From a virus (Duplodnaviria > Caudoviricetes): DNA of 64,000 nt. The stretch lies in the IMG/VR virus record IMGVR_UViG_2597490064_000001, positions 5,421-69,420 of that record. One strand, 5' to 3'. The stretch's first letter is position 1, and each line of letters opens with the position of its first letter. The translations under genes were made by a program, and so were the position numbers. The notes beneath the pieces were generated by a model. It made no database searches and was not told the origin of the DNA. It saw only the letters and a program-made list of their open reading frames with translations. Shown here one piece after another: positions 8,768 through 18,300 of this stretch.

Positions 8768-9964
8768 ATGAGCACCACATCTTGTCGGTACGACGTTTCT
8801 CCTATTGAGAAATACGAAATGACGCCGGAGGGTTACCTTCGCGTCTGGGCTTCGATTGCGCGTACCGGCATTCAGCATTACACCGATGCTGACGGTTCTA
8901 TCAGGAAGGAATTCCGTCCTGAAACTGAAGTGGCGTCTCCAGAAAGCCTTGCCTCATTTGCGGGCAAAGCTATCACTATGGAACATCCTCCTGTCCTTCT
9001 GGACAGTGAGAACACCAAGGATTACCAGATCGGCTTCACTGGTTCAGAAATTGTCTATGACAATGGCTTTGTAAAGGCCGTCATGACGGTTACTGATCGT
9101 GAAACCATTGATAAGGTGATGCGCGGCGATGTTCGAGAAGTGAGCGCCGGCTATAGGGTCAACTATGATCCGACGCCTGGCGTTACCGATAGTGGCGAGC
9201 ATTACGACGGCATCCAAACGGAGATCAGTGGTAATCACGTCGCTATCGTTCGTCGGGGCCGAGCCGGCCCGCAGGTGAGGTTGCATTTGGATCGCCAAGA
9301 TGCTGCCGACCCCTCTCTAATTTCCAATGAGGAAACTAAAACTATGAGCGCAAAGGTCGTTTTCGACGGCGCCGAGTTTGAGGTGAGCGAGAGCGTTGCT
9401 CTGGCGATCACCAAAGAACGCGATGACGCCAAGATGTCCTACGAGGACATGAAGAAGAAGTACGACGAGCTGCAGGCCGCTGCTGATTCCATGAAGGCCG
9501 AAATGGACGCCATGGAAGAAGAAATGAAGGGCAAAATGGACGGGGCCGAAGGTCGCGCCGATGCCCTGGCCGAGCAAGTCGATGCTCTGAAGGCCGAGCT
9601 GGAAGAAGCCAAGCAAATCAACGTGGATTCCATTGTTGAAGAGCGCCTGGCCCTCATCTCCCAGGCCAAGCCTGTGCTGGATGCCGCTTATGAATTCAGC
9701 GGCAAGAGCGCCCGTGAAGTGATGGTTGACGCCATCAAGGCAGTTCGCGGCGACTCTATTGCTCTGGACGAGCGTTCCGACGATTATGTCCAGGCAATGT
9801 TCGACACCATCTCTGAAGATGCTGCCAACCGTGCCGATTCCACCGAGGATCTGCGCAAGGCAGTGGCTTCCATTGCCACCCCTGCTTCTGCTCCTTCTTC
9901 GTATATCGAGAAGCTGCAGAACGCTTGGAAGTCCCCTCTCTCCATCTCTAAGGAGGCTAAGTAA
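8768..9964 (+). CDS. Prohead protease/scaffold (DUF2213 family)
   Basis: TPEGYL, IARTG, SLASFAGKAITMEHP, EVSAGY, NHVAIVRRGRAG; coiled-coil scaffold C-terminus. Confidence 0.9.
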   Translation: MSTTSCRYDVSPIEKYEMTPEGYLRVWASIARTGIQHYTDADGSIRKEFRPETEVASPESLASFAGKAITMEHPPVLLDSENTKDYQIGFTGSEIVYDNGFVKAVMTVTDRETIDKVMRGDVREVSAGYRVNYDPTPGVTDSGEHYDGIQTEISGNHVAIVRRGRAGPQVRLHLDRQDAADPSLISNEETKTMSAKVVFDGAEFEVSESVALAITKERDDAKMSYEDMKKKYDELQAAADSMKAEMDAMEEEMKGKMDGAEGRADALAEQVDALKAELEEAKQINVDSIVEERLALISQAKPVLDAAYEFSGKSAREVMVDAIKAVRGDSIALDERSDDYVQAMFDTISEDAANRADSTEDLRKAVASIATPASAPSSYIEKLQNAWKSPLSISKEAK

Positions 9965-9967
9965 TCC

Positions 9968-10537
9968 ATGGCCGTAACCTTTACTCCCACTCCTGGCGCT
10001 GGTGGTGGCGTTCAATCCAGCTATGAGCTGGAGCTGACTGCTGCTCTGGAAGGCCAGTTTGCTGACATTGCTAACAACAACGTCGCCACTTTCATCAACG
10101 AAACCGGCGCTGGCATCGCTTATGGCGACCTGCTGGTGGTGAACGGTGGTGGCACCGTGGGTAACTCCGCTAAGACCATTGCTGCTACTGGTGACACCGT
10201 GGTGGGCGTTAACGCTCTCACCTACATCGAAGAATCTTCTCTCGATGCCAACGGTCGTCCCGCTGCTTCCGACACTCAGGCTCTGAATGTTGTGAACCAG
10301 GGCGTGGTTGCCGTCTACGTGACTGGCGCTGTTGACCTCACCTCCCCCGTGCGCGTGTACTACACCACACACACTGGCACCACCGCTGGTGCCCACCCCG
10401 GTCGCTTCTCTCACGCTTTCGTGAGCGGTAAGACCCGCCGTCTGACTGGCGCCCGTTGGGTGTCTAAGACCACTGGCGCTGGTATTGCCCTGCTGGAGCT
10501 GAACGGCCCCGATTTCACCCTTGCTGCTGATTCCTGA
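9968..10537 (+). CDS. Capsid decoration / cement protein
   Basis: Small beta-rich Gly/Ala/Thr protein between DUF2213 and the major capsid gene; strong codon bias. Confidence 0.75.
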   Translation: MAVTFTPTPGAGGGVQSSYELELTAALEGQFADIANNNVATFINETGAGIAYGDLLVVNGGGTVGNSAKTIAATGDTVVGVNALTYIEESSLDANGRPAASDTQALNVVNQGVVAVYVTGAVDLTSPVRVYYTTHTGTTAGAHPGRFSHAFVSGKTRRLTGARWVSKTTGAGIALLELNGPDFTLAADS

Positions 10538-10549
10538 TAGGAGGACACC

Positions 10550-11464
10550 ATGAGCGAATTTCGTATGGATGAAGCGGGTCTGTTTCTTGAGCGTCAGCTT
10601 GAGTACATCCGCCCGCAAGTGTTTGAAGTCGAGTATGCCGACATCAAATACCCCACAATTCTGCCTGTGACTAGCGAAGCTGGTCCTGGCGCCCAGACCT
10701 TCACCTACCGCATCCTGGATGCCACTGGTGACTTCAAGCTCATCTCTGACGCTGCAGACGATCTGCCGCGTGCTGATGTGAGCCAAACCGAAAAGAGCAT
10801 CAACATCCGCTCCTTCGGTGGTTCCTTCGGTTACACCGTGCAGGAACTGCGTGCAGCTCAAATGGGCAATGTGGCCCTGGAGCAGCGCCGCGCCGCCGCT
10901 GTGCGTCGCGCCTATGAGGAGAAAGTTGAGAGCGTGGCTCTGTTCGGTGAATCCTCTGTTGGCCTGGCCGGTTTCTTCAACAATGCCGGCGTTGACGTGC
11001 TGGCCGCTGACAAGTGGTTCACTGGCGCTACCGCCACTGGCACCACTGCTCAGGACATGCTGGAGCTGCTGAACCAGGGTGTGACAGCCATTATCAATGG
11101 CTCCAACATGAAGGAGCAGCCCGACACCATTCTGATGGCTTGGGAAGATTACAACGTGGTTTCGACCACTCGTAACTCTGACTCTTCGGATGTGACTGTG
11201 CTGGAGTATTTCCTGCGCACCAATCCCTTCATCCGTAACGTTGAGCCCATCAACCAGCTTGATGCTGACAAGAGCAGCCTCAGCAAGAACCGGATGGTCA
11301 TCTACAAGCGTGATCCCGGCAAAGTGCAACTGCACATCCCTCAGCCTCTTGAACTGTTCCCGCCTCAGCAGCGCGGCCTGGAATTCATTGTTCCGGCTCA
11401 TGCTCGCGTGGGTGGCGTCGCTCTGTACTATCCGAAGAGCGTCGTTTACGTTCAGGCTCCCTGA
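10550..11464 (+). CDS. Major capsid protein (DUF2184 / HK97 fold)
   Basis: FLERQLEYIRPQV, DDLPRAD, FGYTVQELRAA, ARVGGV..YYP; SD AGGAGG; highly biased codons. Confidence 0.9.
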   Translation: MSEFRMDEAGLFLERQLEYIRPQVFEVEYADIKYPTILPVTSEAGPGAQTFTYRILDATGDFKLISDAADDLPRADVSQTEKSINIRSFGGSFGYTVQELRAAQMGNVALEQRRAAAVRRAYEEKVESVALFGESSVGLAGFFNNAGVDVLAADKWFTGATATGTTAQDMLELLNQGVTAIINGSNMKEQPDTILMAWEDYNVVSTTRNSDSSDVTVLEYFLRTNPFIRNVEPINQLDADKSSLSKNRMVIYKRDPGKVQLHIPQPLELFPPQQRGLEFIVPAHARVGGVALYYPKSVVYVQAP

Positions 11465-11528
11465 GGAAGCCCTTAGGTAGTTTGTCAAGAATGGGCGGCT
11501 AAGCTTATCAAGTTTGTTAATTCAACAA

Positions 11529-11915
11529 ATGTTGATTGCTTACCGCCCTGAACTTGAGAATCCGCCGCGAGAGGCCAGCTTCGGAGTGATTACCAAGCGA
11601 GGCATGATTAGCCTCGCTCCCGGCCTCAATCAGGAAATCCCTGATGAGCAATGGGAAGAGGCAAAACTGAACCCTACGGTCCAGAGTCTTCTTCGCATTG
11701 GCGCCATTGAGGAAATGAAGGAGCGGGTGGAGATTGAGACTATTCCCAAATCCGCCGAGAATCTTTCACAGCTTCCTCTGAGTCAAGCCATCCAGGCCAT
11801 TGAACTTCTCCACGACGAGGACAAACTCGGTGATTGGAAGAAGATTGAAGGTCGCGTGAGGGTCCGCAATGCGATTAGTCGTCGTCTTGAAGCCATTCGC
11901 ACAGGAAAAGCATGA
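11529..11915 (+). CDS. Hypothetical capsid-adjacent protein
   Basis: Position after the capsid gene; C-terminal EGRVRVRNAISRRLE helix. Confidence 0.6.
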   Translation: MLIAYRPELENPPREASFGVITKRGMISLAPGLNQEIPDEQWEEAKLNPTVQSLLRIGAIEEMKERVEIETIPKSAENLSQLPLSQAIQAIELLHDEDKLGDWKKIEGRVRVRNAISRRLEAIRTGKA

Positions 11916-12223
11916 CAGTCACTTACGCTGGTTTTCTAGAGCGTTTCCCTGAGTTCAGCCCTCATCCATCGGGAATTGTGAATGGCGCCATTGAGAGCGC
12001 TTCTGCAGACGTTTCGTCAGACATCTTTGGTGATCAGACCGACCGAGCAGTACGTTTCTTAGCCGCTCACATCATTGCCATTCAACTTGCACAGATGGGC
12101 GTCATGATTGGCGCAACAGATGGCAAGGTTTACGGCAAGGGTCTCGATGCCACGTTGTATGGGCAAGAATTTAAACGTCTTACTGAAGCGGCATCATCCT
12201 CTCTGCTTGGTTTCGTTGTCTAA
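11912..12223 (+). CDS. Head-tail connector (DUF4054-like)
   Basis: FLERFPEF...LAAH...TLYGQEF. Confidence 0.8.
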   Translation: MTVTYAGFLERFPEFSPHPSGIVNGAIESASADVSSDIFGDQTDRAVRFLAAHIIAIQLAQMGVMIGATDGKVYGKGLDATLYGQEFKRLTEAASSSLLGFVV

Positions 12224-12612
12224 TGACTAATCCTGCTCCGCCACTAGCTAATGCCACACTGGTGTTTGCAGTGGCGAGCGGATATGCAACAGACTCGGCC
12301 ACTGGTAACTACGTTGAAATCACTGGTGATGAAACGTACTATGCCACATTGAAGCAGAGCAGGGATCCTCGATACGATCAACGACTCGGGGCTGATGAAA
12401 CTGCCATCTATATGAAAGGCAGACTTGTTGGTCCACTGGCGTTTTCGGGAGTGCCCCCTGGAAGTGTGGCTGCGGCCACCATTGAAAATCAGGAGGGGCG
12501 TTTTGAATTACTCCCTACGACCGAGATGACTGACCACTACCGTCAGTTTCTGGGCACTCCTATCCACGGCTACTTTAGAGTTGTGGGAGCAGGAAGTGTC
12601 CTTAATCGTTAA
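12223..12612 (+). CDS. Putative head-closure protein
   Basis: Synteny; D..TGNY motif; TAATG coupling. Confidence 0.55.
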   Translation: MTNPAPPLANATLVFAVASGYATDSATGNYVEITGDETYYATLKQSRDPRYDQRLGADETAIYMKGRLVGPLAFSGVPPGSVAAATIENQEGRFELLPTTEMTDHYRQFLGTPIHGYFRVVGAGSVLNR

Positions 12613-12635
12613 CTACGCTCCTTCGCATTGTTTCA

Positions 12636-13214
12636 ATGGCCATTCAACATCCCACACAGATCATTAAGAGCCAGGACTCGATTGTGTATGTGGGCGCTCT
12701 TTCCGGCGCCACTCGTCCTGTTATTACGCCCGCCGTTGCTGGCGCTCTTAGCCGCCCTTCTTCGGGCGTTCCCACCAACATGTACTTCTTGGGTGGCGTT
12801 ACCAATGCCACCGTTTCGTTCAATGATGGCGAACAAGAGTATTACCTGCTGGGTAATGGTGGTTTTGCTGACAGCGTAAAAGTTACTCAGCGTTGCCAGG
12901 CTTCCATCACCTCGTATTTCCAAAAAGATCTCGACGACAGCACGATCGACGAGACTGCTTTCGACGAGGCCATGGATGTTATTCTGCGCGGCCGCACTGA
13001 AAAAGACTTTGAAGTGTATGTGGAAATCTTCAAATTCCTGGGCGGTCAAACCTATGACCTCACCTGCTTTGCAGCTACCGTGATGAACTACAACGAGAGC
13101 TATCCCGCCGATAACCTCGTTGAAACCACTTTTGACCTGATGAGCCGTGGTACATACGGCACTGGTCGCTGCACCATCTCTGGCGCAATCCTGCCCACTG
13201 CTCCTAATGCCTGA
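12636..13214 (+). CDS. Major tail tube protein
   Basis: Size, position, beta-rich sequence with ESYPADNLVETTFDL..RG; followed by a terminator. Confidence 0.75.
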   Translation: MAIQHPTQIIKSQDSIVYVGALSGATRPVITPAVAGALSRPSSGVPTNMYFLGGVTNATVSFNDGEQEYYLLGNGGFADSVKVTQRCQASITSYFQKDLDDSTIDETAFDEAMDVILRGRTEKDFEVYVEIFKFLGGQTYDLTCFAATVMNYNESYPADNLVETTFDLMSRGTYGTGRCTISGAILPTAPNA

Positions 13215-13239
13215 TTTTTAGGTTAGAGACGTTCTCACA

Positions 13240-13263
13240 AGCCCCCGAAAGGGGGCTATTTTA
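13240..13263 (+). terminator. Intrinsic terminator
   Basis: AGCCCCC-GAAA-GGGGGCT followed by ATTTT. Confidence 0.8.
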
Positions 13264-13268
13264 TTGAT

Positions 13269-13679
13269 ATGAACATCCTGGAAATCCGCAGCACTGTCGA
13301 GCAATTGTTGTCCGACCTGCTCGGGAGCTATACGTTGCCCAATGGTTCTGTAGTGCCTGCATTGTGGGTGGATGGGCGCAGTGGTGTGCCGAAAGGGTGG
13401 AAAGTGAACGGGCTTGAGGCATCGATTAGACAATATCCAACTCGCACGTCTCGGCCTTTGATGGGCATGGTGGAGATGCGTAAGGCTTGGGAAGTTGTGT
13501 TATCGCAGTATGACCCCGCTGCGGAAGATATGGACGAGGCCGTTGATCGAATTATGCGGCACTTCCCAGACTGTGCAGTAAGAGGATTTCCTTCTAGTGA
13601 TAGAGAATATCAGTATGCCAGGATCATCATTCCTGACATTGAAATTGCCACGCAGTATCGTCCCGTTGCTAACGAATAG
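13269..13679 (+). CDS. Putative tail terminator/completion protein
   Basis: Synteny and size only. Confidence 0.5.
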   Translation: MNILEIRSTVEQLLSDLLGSYTLPNGSVVPALWVDGRSGVPKGWKVNGLEASIRQYPTRTSRPLMGMVEMRKAWEVVLSQYDPAAEDMDEAVDRIMRHFPDCAVRGFPSSDREYQYARIIIPDIEIATQYRPVANE

Positions 13680-13681
13680 AC

Positions 13682-14131
13682 ATGGCAGGTACTGCAAGAA
13701 TTGTTGGCGTTAGGCAGCTTGAAAAGGCACTGCTTAATGCTTTTGAAGAATGGGCTCAGAATGATGTGAATGGACGATATTGGCGAGAAAAATTTGAGGA
13801 AGATTATCGCTATCCCGGCCCGCCCACTTTAAGAAAGAATGGTGACGTAGCAGGAAATCCTCGCGACATTTTGGATACAGAAGCTTTGTACGAAAGCGGA
13901 GTTGAGTCGTATAAGTTCACGCGAGGCGCAACAGGCGCCGAAGCGAGTTGGCATTGGGACGCGAAGAATTCAAGCGGCGAAGAATATGCGTGGTTTGTCC
14001 ATGAAGGGCAAGGTCCATACTCTCGTGCGCCTCGTCCATGGACAGACGAGCTTGCTTCTGAATATTTATTTGAGGGGAGTGATATTAAGCTTGATCTCAT
14101 GAGCGCATTGGATCGCCACCTTAATGCCTGA
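13682..14131 (+). CDS. Putative neck protein (HK97 gp10-like)
   Basis: DT..L..S, YAWFVHEG, PRPW motifs. Confidence 0.65.
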   Translation: MAGTARIVGVRQLEKALLNAFEEWAQNDVNGRYWREKFEEDYRYPGPPTLRKNGDVAGNPRDILDTEALYESGVESYKFTRGATGAEASWHWDAKNSSGEEYAWFVHEGQGPYSRAPRPWTDELASEYLFEGSDIKLDLMSALDRHLNA

Positions 14132-14390
14132 CACCCCCATTGACCATCTTCAAAGCGATAACGGCGAAGTACATGTAATCAACGCGACAGTGGATGGGCC
14201 GACGCTAGAAGCTGGCATCTTATGCGTTATTTCATTTTCTGAAACCACCATTAGAATCTCAAACGAGCAACATTCGTTTCTTATTGAACTGCCGGAAGAC
14301 GTTCGCGCCAAAGGCGAACGTCTAAAAGCGTTTAACGTGCCATTGGCAATTCTAGATTATGAGCAAGTACAGCTTCCTGCTGGCATCTGA
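14124..14390 (+). CDS. Hypothetical protein
   Basis: Overlaps its neighbours in the tail operon. Confidence 0.5.
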   Translation: MPDTPIDHLQSDNGEVHVINATVDGPTLEAGILCVISFSETTIRISNEQHSFLIELPEDVRAKGERLKAFNVPLAILDYEQVQLPAGI

Positions 14391-14904
14391 AGAAGTCAGC
14401 TATTTTGAACTCACACCTGCTCTGCGCATGCAGAAGCATGGTGGATGGCTGGTAGCGGAAAGCATTGAGCAGGAGGAGATTAGCAAGGCTCAAAGTCAGA
14501 GCACGATTAAAGCGGTGCAGCTTGCAAAGAAGATTGCCGCCGCGAAAGACATTCCTCTTGACGAGGCCTTTGAAATGCTTCAGGGAGGCGGCGGTTTTTC
14601 CGAGAGCGAGCTGTTGGCAGATTACACCGAAGAAGCCCTCTCCATGATCACCGCAGGTGGCTCTGCAGAACTTGGGAATGCAAGGCTTATCACTGCATTT
14701 ATGCGTTGCCGTGGCGAAGGAAAAATTGATGACAATTGGGAGCGTCTTGCTGATTGGTCGATGGATGACACAAAAGGGATGACGCGAGAGCTGACTACCA
14801 AGGTGCTGGAATTTATTGCCGAAGAACAGGATGCGGAGGTGAAAGCAGCACAAGCAAAAAAATCGAAGAGGAAGGTGAAGGAGGATGTCTTGCCGAACGA
14901 ATAG
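14359..14904 (+). CDS. Tail assembly chaperone (gpG-like)
   Basis: Between the tube and tape measure genes; slippery A_AAA_AAA at 14856-14862. Confidence 0.75.
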   Translation: MSKYSFLLASEEVSYFELTPALRMQKHGGWLVAESIEQEEISKAQSQSTIKAVQLAKKIAAAKDIPLDEAFEMLQGGGGFSESELLADYTEEALSMITAGGSAELGNARLITAFMRCRGEGKIDDNWERLADWSMDDTKGMTRELTTKVLEFIAEEQDAEVKAAQAKKSKRKVKEDVLPNE

Positions 14905-15329
14905 AGAAGCAAGCAAGGGCGTTTCTAAAGGGTCTCACTGATTGGAACGCCATCTTCTTTCGCCTCAATGCGTCATGCCTTAAGGATGATCGGTGGGGGC
15001 CTGATGAGTTTTCAAGGCAGCGTGTAAGAGATGTTTTGGCTGCGCTGAAATTTTTAGAGCGGCACGATCATACGCAATACAATCTTCACAGTCTGTCAGT
15101 GGCGAAAATGGCCACAATGGTTGCGCATGCGCTTGGAGGCAAGAAGGTAAGCCTTACTGCAGACGACTTCCTTCCGTTTGATACACGCAGGCTTAAGAAA
15201 GAAACAGGCATTACAGAAGAAAGTATTATTGTGCTTAAGCGCCTGATGAAGACCAGGCGGATGGACACTCGTATCATTTCGATGTTGGCAGAGGAGCTTA
15301 AGAATGCTTCAATGCGGGATAATGAGTAA
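14862..15329 (+). CDS. Tail assembly chaperone -1 frameshift extension (gpT-like)
   Basis: The -1 frame is open from the slippery site (IEEEGEGGCLAERIEKQARAFLKGLTDWNAIFF...) into ORF 15036..15329. Confidence 0.72.
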   Translation: MEEEGEGGCLAERIEKQARAFLKGLTDWNAIFFRLNASCLKDDRWGPDEFSRQRVRDVLAALKFLERHDHTQYNLHSLSVAKMATMVAHALGGKKVSLTADDFLPFDTRRLKKETGITEESIIVLKRLMKTRRMDTRIISMLAEELKNASMRDNE

Positions 15330-15381
15330 TATCATGGGCCATTAAAGCTACACTTAATAGAAGAATGCTGTAAGCGCAGTA

Positions 15382-18300
15382 ATGGCGGCGGAACTTCGGC
15401 TTGGCGTATCGTTTGATCTCGTATATTTTCGCCAGCAGCTTCAAAAGCTGGGTCGGATTGCATCGTCTGAATTCACTGCGCCCATCAAGATCAAGCTTGA
15501 TCGTCGCGTTATTGACAAAGAGCTGAACGATCTTCAGCGCCTGATTAAAAGACGAAAGTACAATATTGAGCTAAATATTACGGGAGGCCTTAGGAAGCAA
15601 ACCTTTGATGACCTCCAGGCTCGTCTTGACGCCCTAAGCACAAGAAAGAAAGTTGAGATTCCTGTCAGCATTAAAAATGCTGCTACTGCCAAAGACGTAA
15701 ACGATACGGTTATTGGCATTAAATCTCGCATTGCCCAGAATCAGACAGTTAAACAGGGCGATGGAAAGATTCGTATTGGCACAAGTATTAAGCCGTCGAT
15801 CACAAATGCCGATGTAGCGGACTTTCGCAGAGTTGTTCAGGCCAAGCTTTCAGGAATTTCAGTAAAAGTCAAAGCTGATATTCAGGGTGGATTCGCATCT
15901 GGTCCAACTGGCCTCGCGGGTCTTCAAGAGTACATGCGCACTCAAGGCTTGTCGGGAGGGAACATGCCCGGCGCGGCCCAGACCGGGCGCCGTACTCAGT
16001 TTGAAGCAGCAGTTGCGCAGGCTTCAAATAGAGAGTTGCAGGACATGATGCGCCGGGCGAAAGTCCAGGGTCGCAGCAGTATCAGAAGCAGCGCAGCGAT
16101 GCGTGAGCGCTTAATGCAGCTAGATGACGCTGCAATGGAAAGCGTGCTTGGCAATTTGCAGATGAACATGAATGACCCTAGGCGGGTCAAACGTGGCTTC
16201 CTCGACCAAGTTGCGCGTGCCGTCTTTTGGATGGCTGGTGTTGATCCTGAATATTTAAAACGTCAAGCTGCGCAACGCAGAGCGTTGCCTGGCGTGGATT
16301 TTCCAGCCACAGTTCCTCCATCGAGGGTTTCAATTGGACCTTCCGGGACTGGTCGAGCTTTGCCTGCTGGCGCCATTCCTGGAGCACTTCCGGGGACAGC
16401 ATTTGGAGCGCGGGGATTTCTTCCTCCCCAGCTTGGGCAAGACCTTCAGAACATTCTCCGTAATGCGGCCTTCACTTTTGTTGATTCATTAAATGCACGT
16501 ATTCGTCAAGTAAACGTCCGGGAGATAGGGCGGCAGGCTTTGCCACCTTCAATGATCCGTGGTCTGTTGCCTTCCGCCGTTGGTCGAACTCCGGCCACTT
16601 ACGGAGGCCCTGCTGACAGAGGATCATTCATCCAAAATCGCATTGCCCAGGCCTACGCGAGATCGGCCCTGCGTGGGGCGAGCGTCATGGCGGAAAGCCC
16701 TCAGGGCTTTGCACTGGGAGCTGGAGGAAGCGGCACTGCTGGACCTTACAGGCCTTTCGCTCAGCCAGAGAGAGGTGGAGCACTGGTTCTTTCCTCACAA
16801 AGAGGGGGCGCCGCGCCGGCTACTGAGCTGCCTAAAAATTACTTGGAAATCGGCAAGGCAATTAAAGGGCTTGATCCAATTCTTCAGAAATCAAAAGTTC
16901 CATTTTCTGGTGCGATTAGAGAGCTTGGTGACGAGTTTGCCACCGCAACAAAACAAGTATTGCTTTATGGCACTGCGTACAAGGCCCTTGCATTCCTTAC
17001 TAGCCTGCCGGGCCAGGCGTTTGAAGCGGCCAAGGGTCTTCAGACAATCAACAATCAATTAGAGGCAGTTACAGGTAGTTCGGCCGCCGCAGATAGGTCT
17101 TTCGCATTTATTGATGGTTTAGCTAATCGATTTAATGTGCCACTTGCGAGTGCGCGGGATGGTTTCGTGAAGCTTTATGCATCAATGGAGCCTGCCGGTT
17201 TTGCTACTGGCGAAATTGAAAATTTGTTTGAAGGCATTAGCAAAGCGACGGCGACGTTTGGCCTAAGTGCCGACCAAGTGGATCGCGTTAACTATGCATT
17301 CGCTCAGATGGCAAGCAAAGGCCAAATTATGAGCGAAGAGCTTAAAGGGCAGCTTGGTGACGTGCTTCCAGGCTCTCTCGCATTGTTTGCTCGCGCCGCT
17401 CAGATGAGCATTCCCGAATTCTCCAAGGCAATGGAGGATGGGGCATTCAAGGGCGAGGCAATGGCGCAAGTATTGCGCAACGTGGCCAAGATCATGAACA
17501 GTGATTTTGGTGGCGCTGCCGCAAATGCTGCCAATACGCTACAGGGCGCATTAAATGGGCTACAAAACTCCGTGCAACGCATGTACGAAGCGTTTGAGCC
17601 TGTTGTTGACATTGCCGCGGCCAATATTTTCCCAGTAATTTCACAAATGGTGAATGACGCCACTAGCGCCATTCAGGCATTTGGGATGGAGATGAAGGGA
17701 ATTGGTCCCGCAACTAGCGTCATGAGCGACGGGGCGCTTGATATTTACAATGCACTCCAGCTAGCCGCTGATACTTTTGACACGGTTATTACCGTTGCTA
17801 AATCACTTGGGTCAACATTCCAAGTGCTGGGAAATATTATCTCTGGCGCTCTGCAGGTATTTAATGCGATAGTTGGAAATCCAATTGGCGAGTTCTTTGT
17901 CAAGCTTGCTGTCAATATTGGTATTGCGACTGCGGCCATTCGTCTTTTCGCAAGCGCTGCCGTTGCAAACGCGGTTCAGCAGCTTGGATTGTTCTTGGGG
18001 AATATCAAGCTAACCATCGCAGCATTGCGCACTTTAATTACCACATCTAGGGCCGCAAAAATTGCAGTTGGTGGCATTGTTGCTGGCACTGTCATGGTTG
18101 GCCTTGAAATGCTCGTTACGCGCATTGCTGCTGCCAAGGACGAGACCGACAAACTTAGAAAAGCAGCCCTTGGAGCCGCAGATGCGCTGCGTGCAATGTC
18201 GGACGCGCAACTGTTTGCGCAGGAAAGAACCATTAAGGACAGAATTCAAAAAATTGAAACGCTCCAAGCTCAAGCTGGTGGTCGTCTTTCGATTAAGAAT

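Noticed and set aside
9317-11488. 723-aa minus-strand ORF
   Set aside because: Antisense shadow of the highly codon-biased scaffold, decoration and capsid genes; no recognisable motifs.
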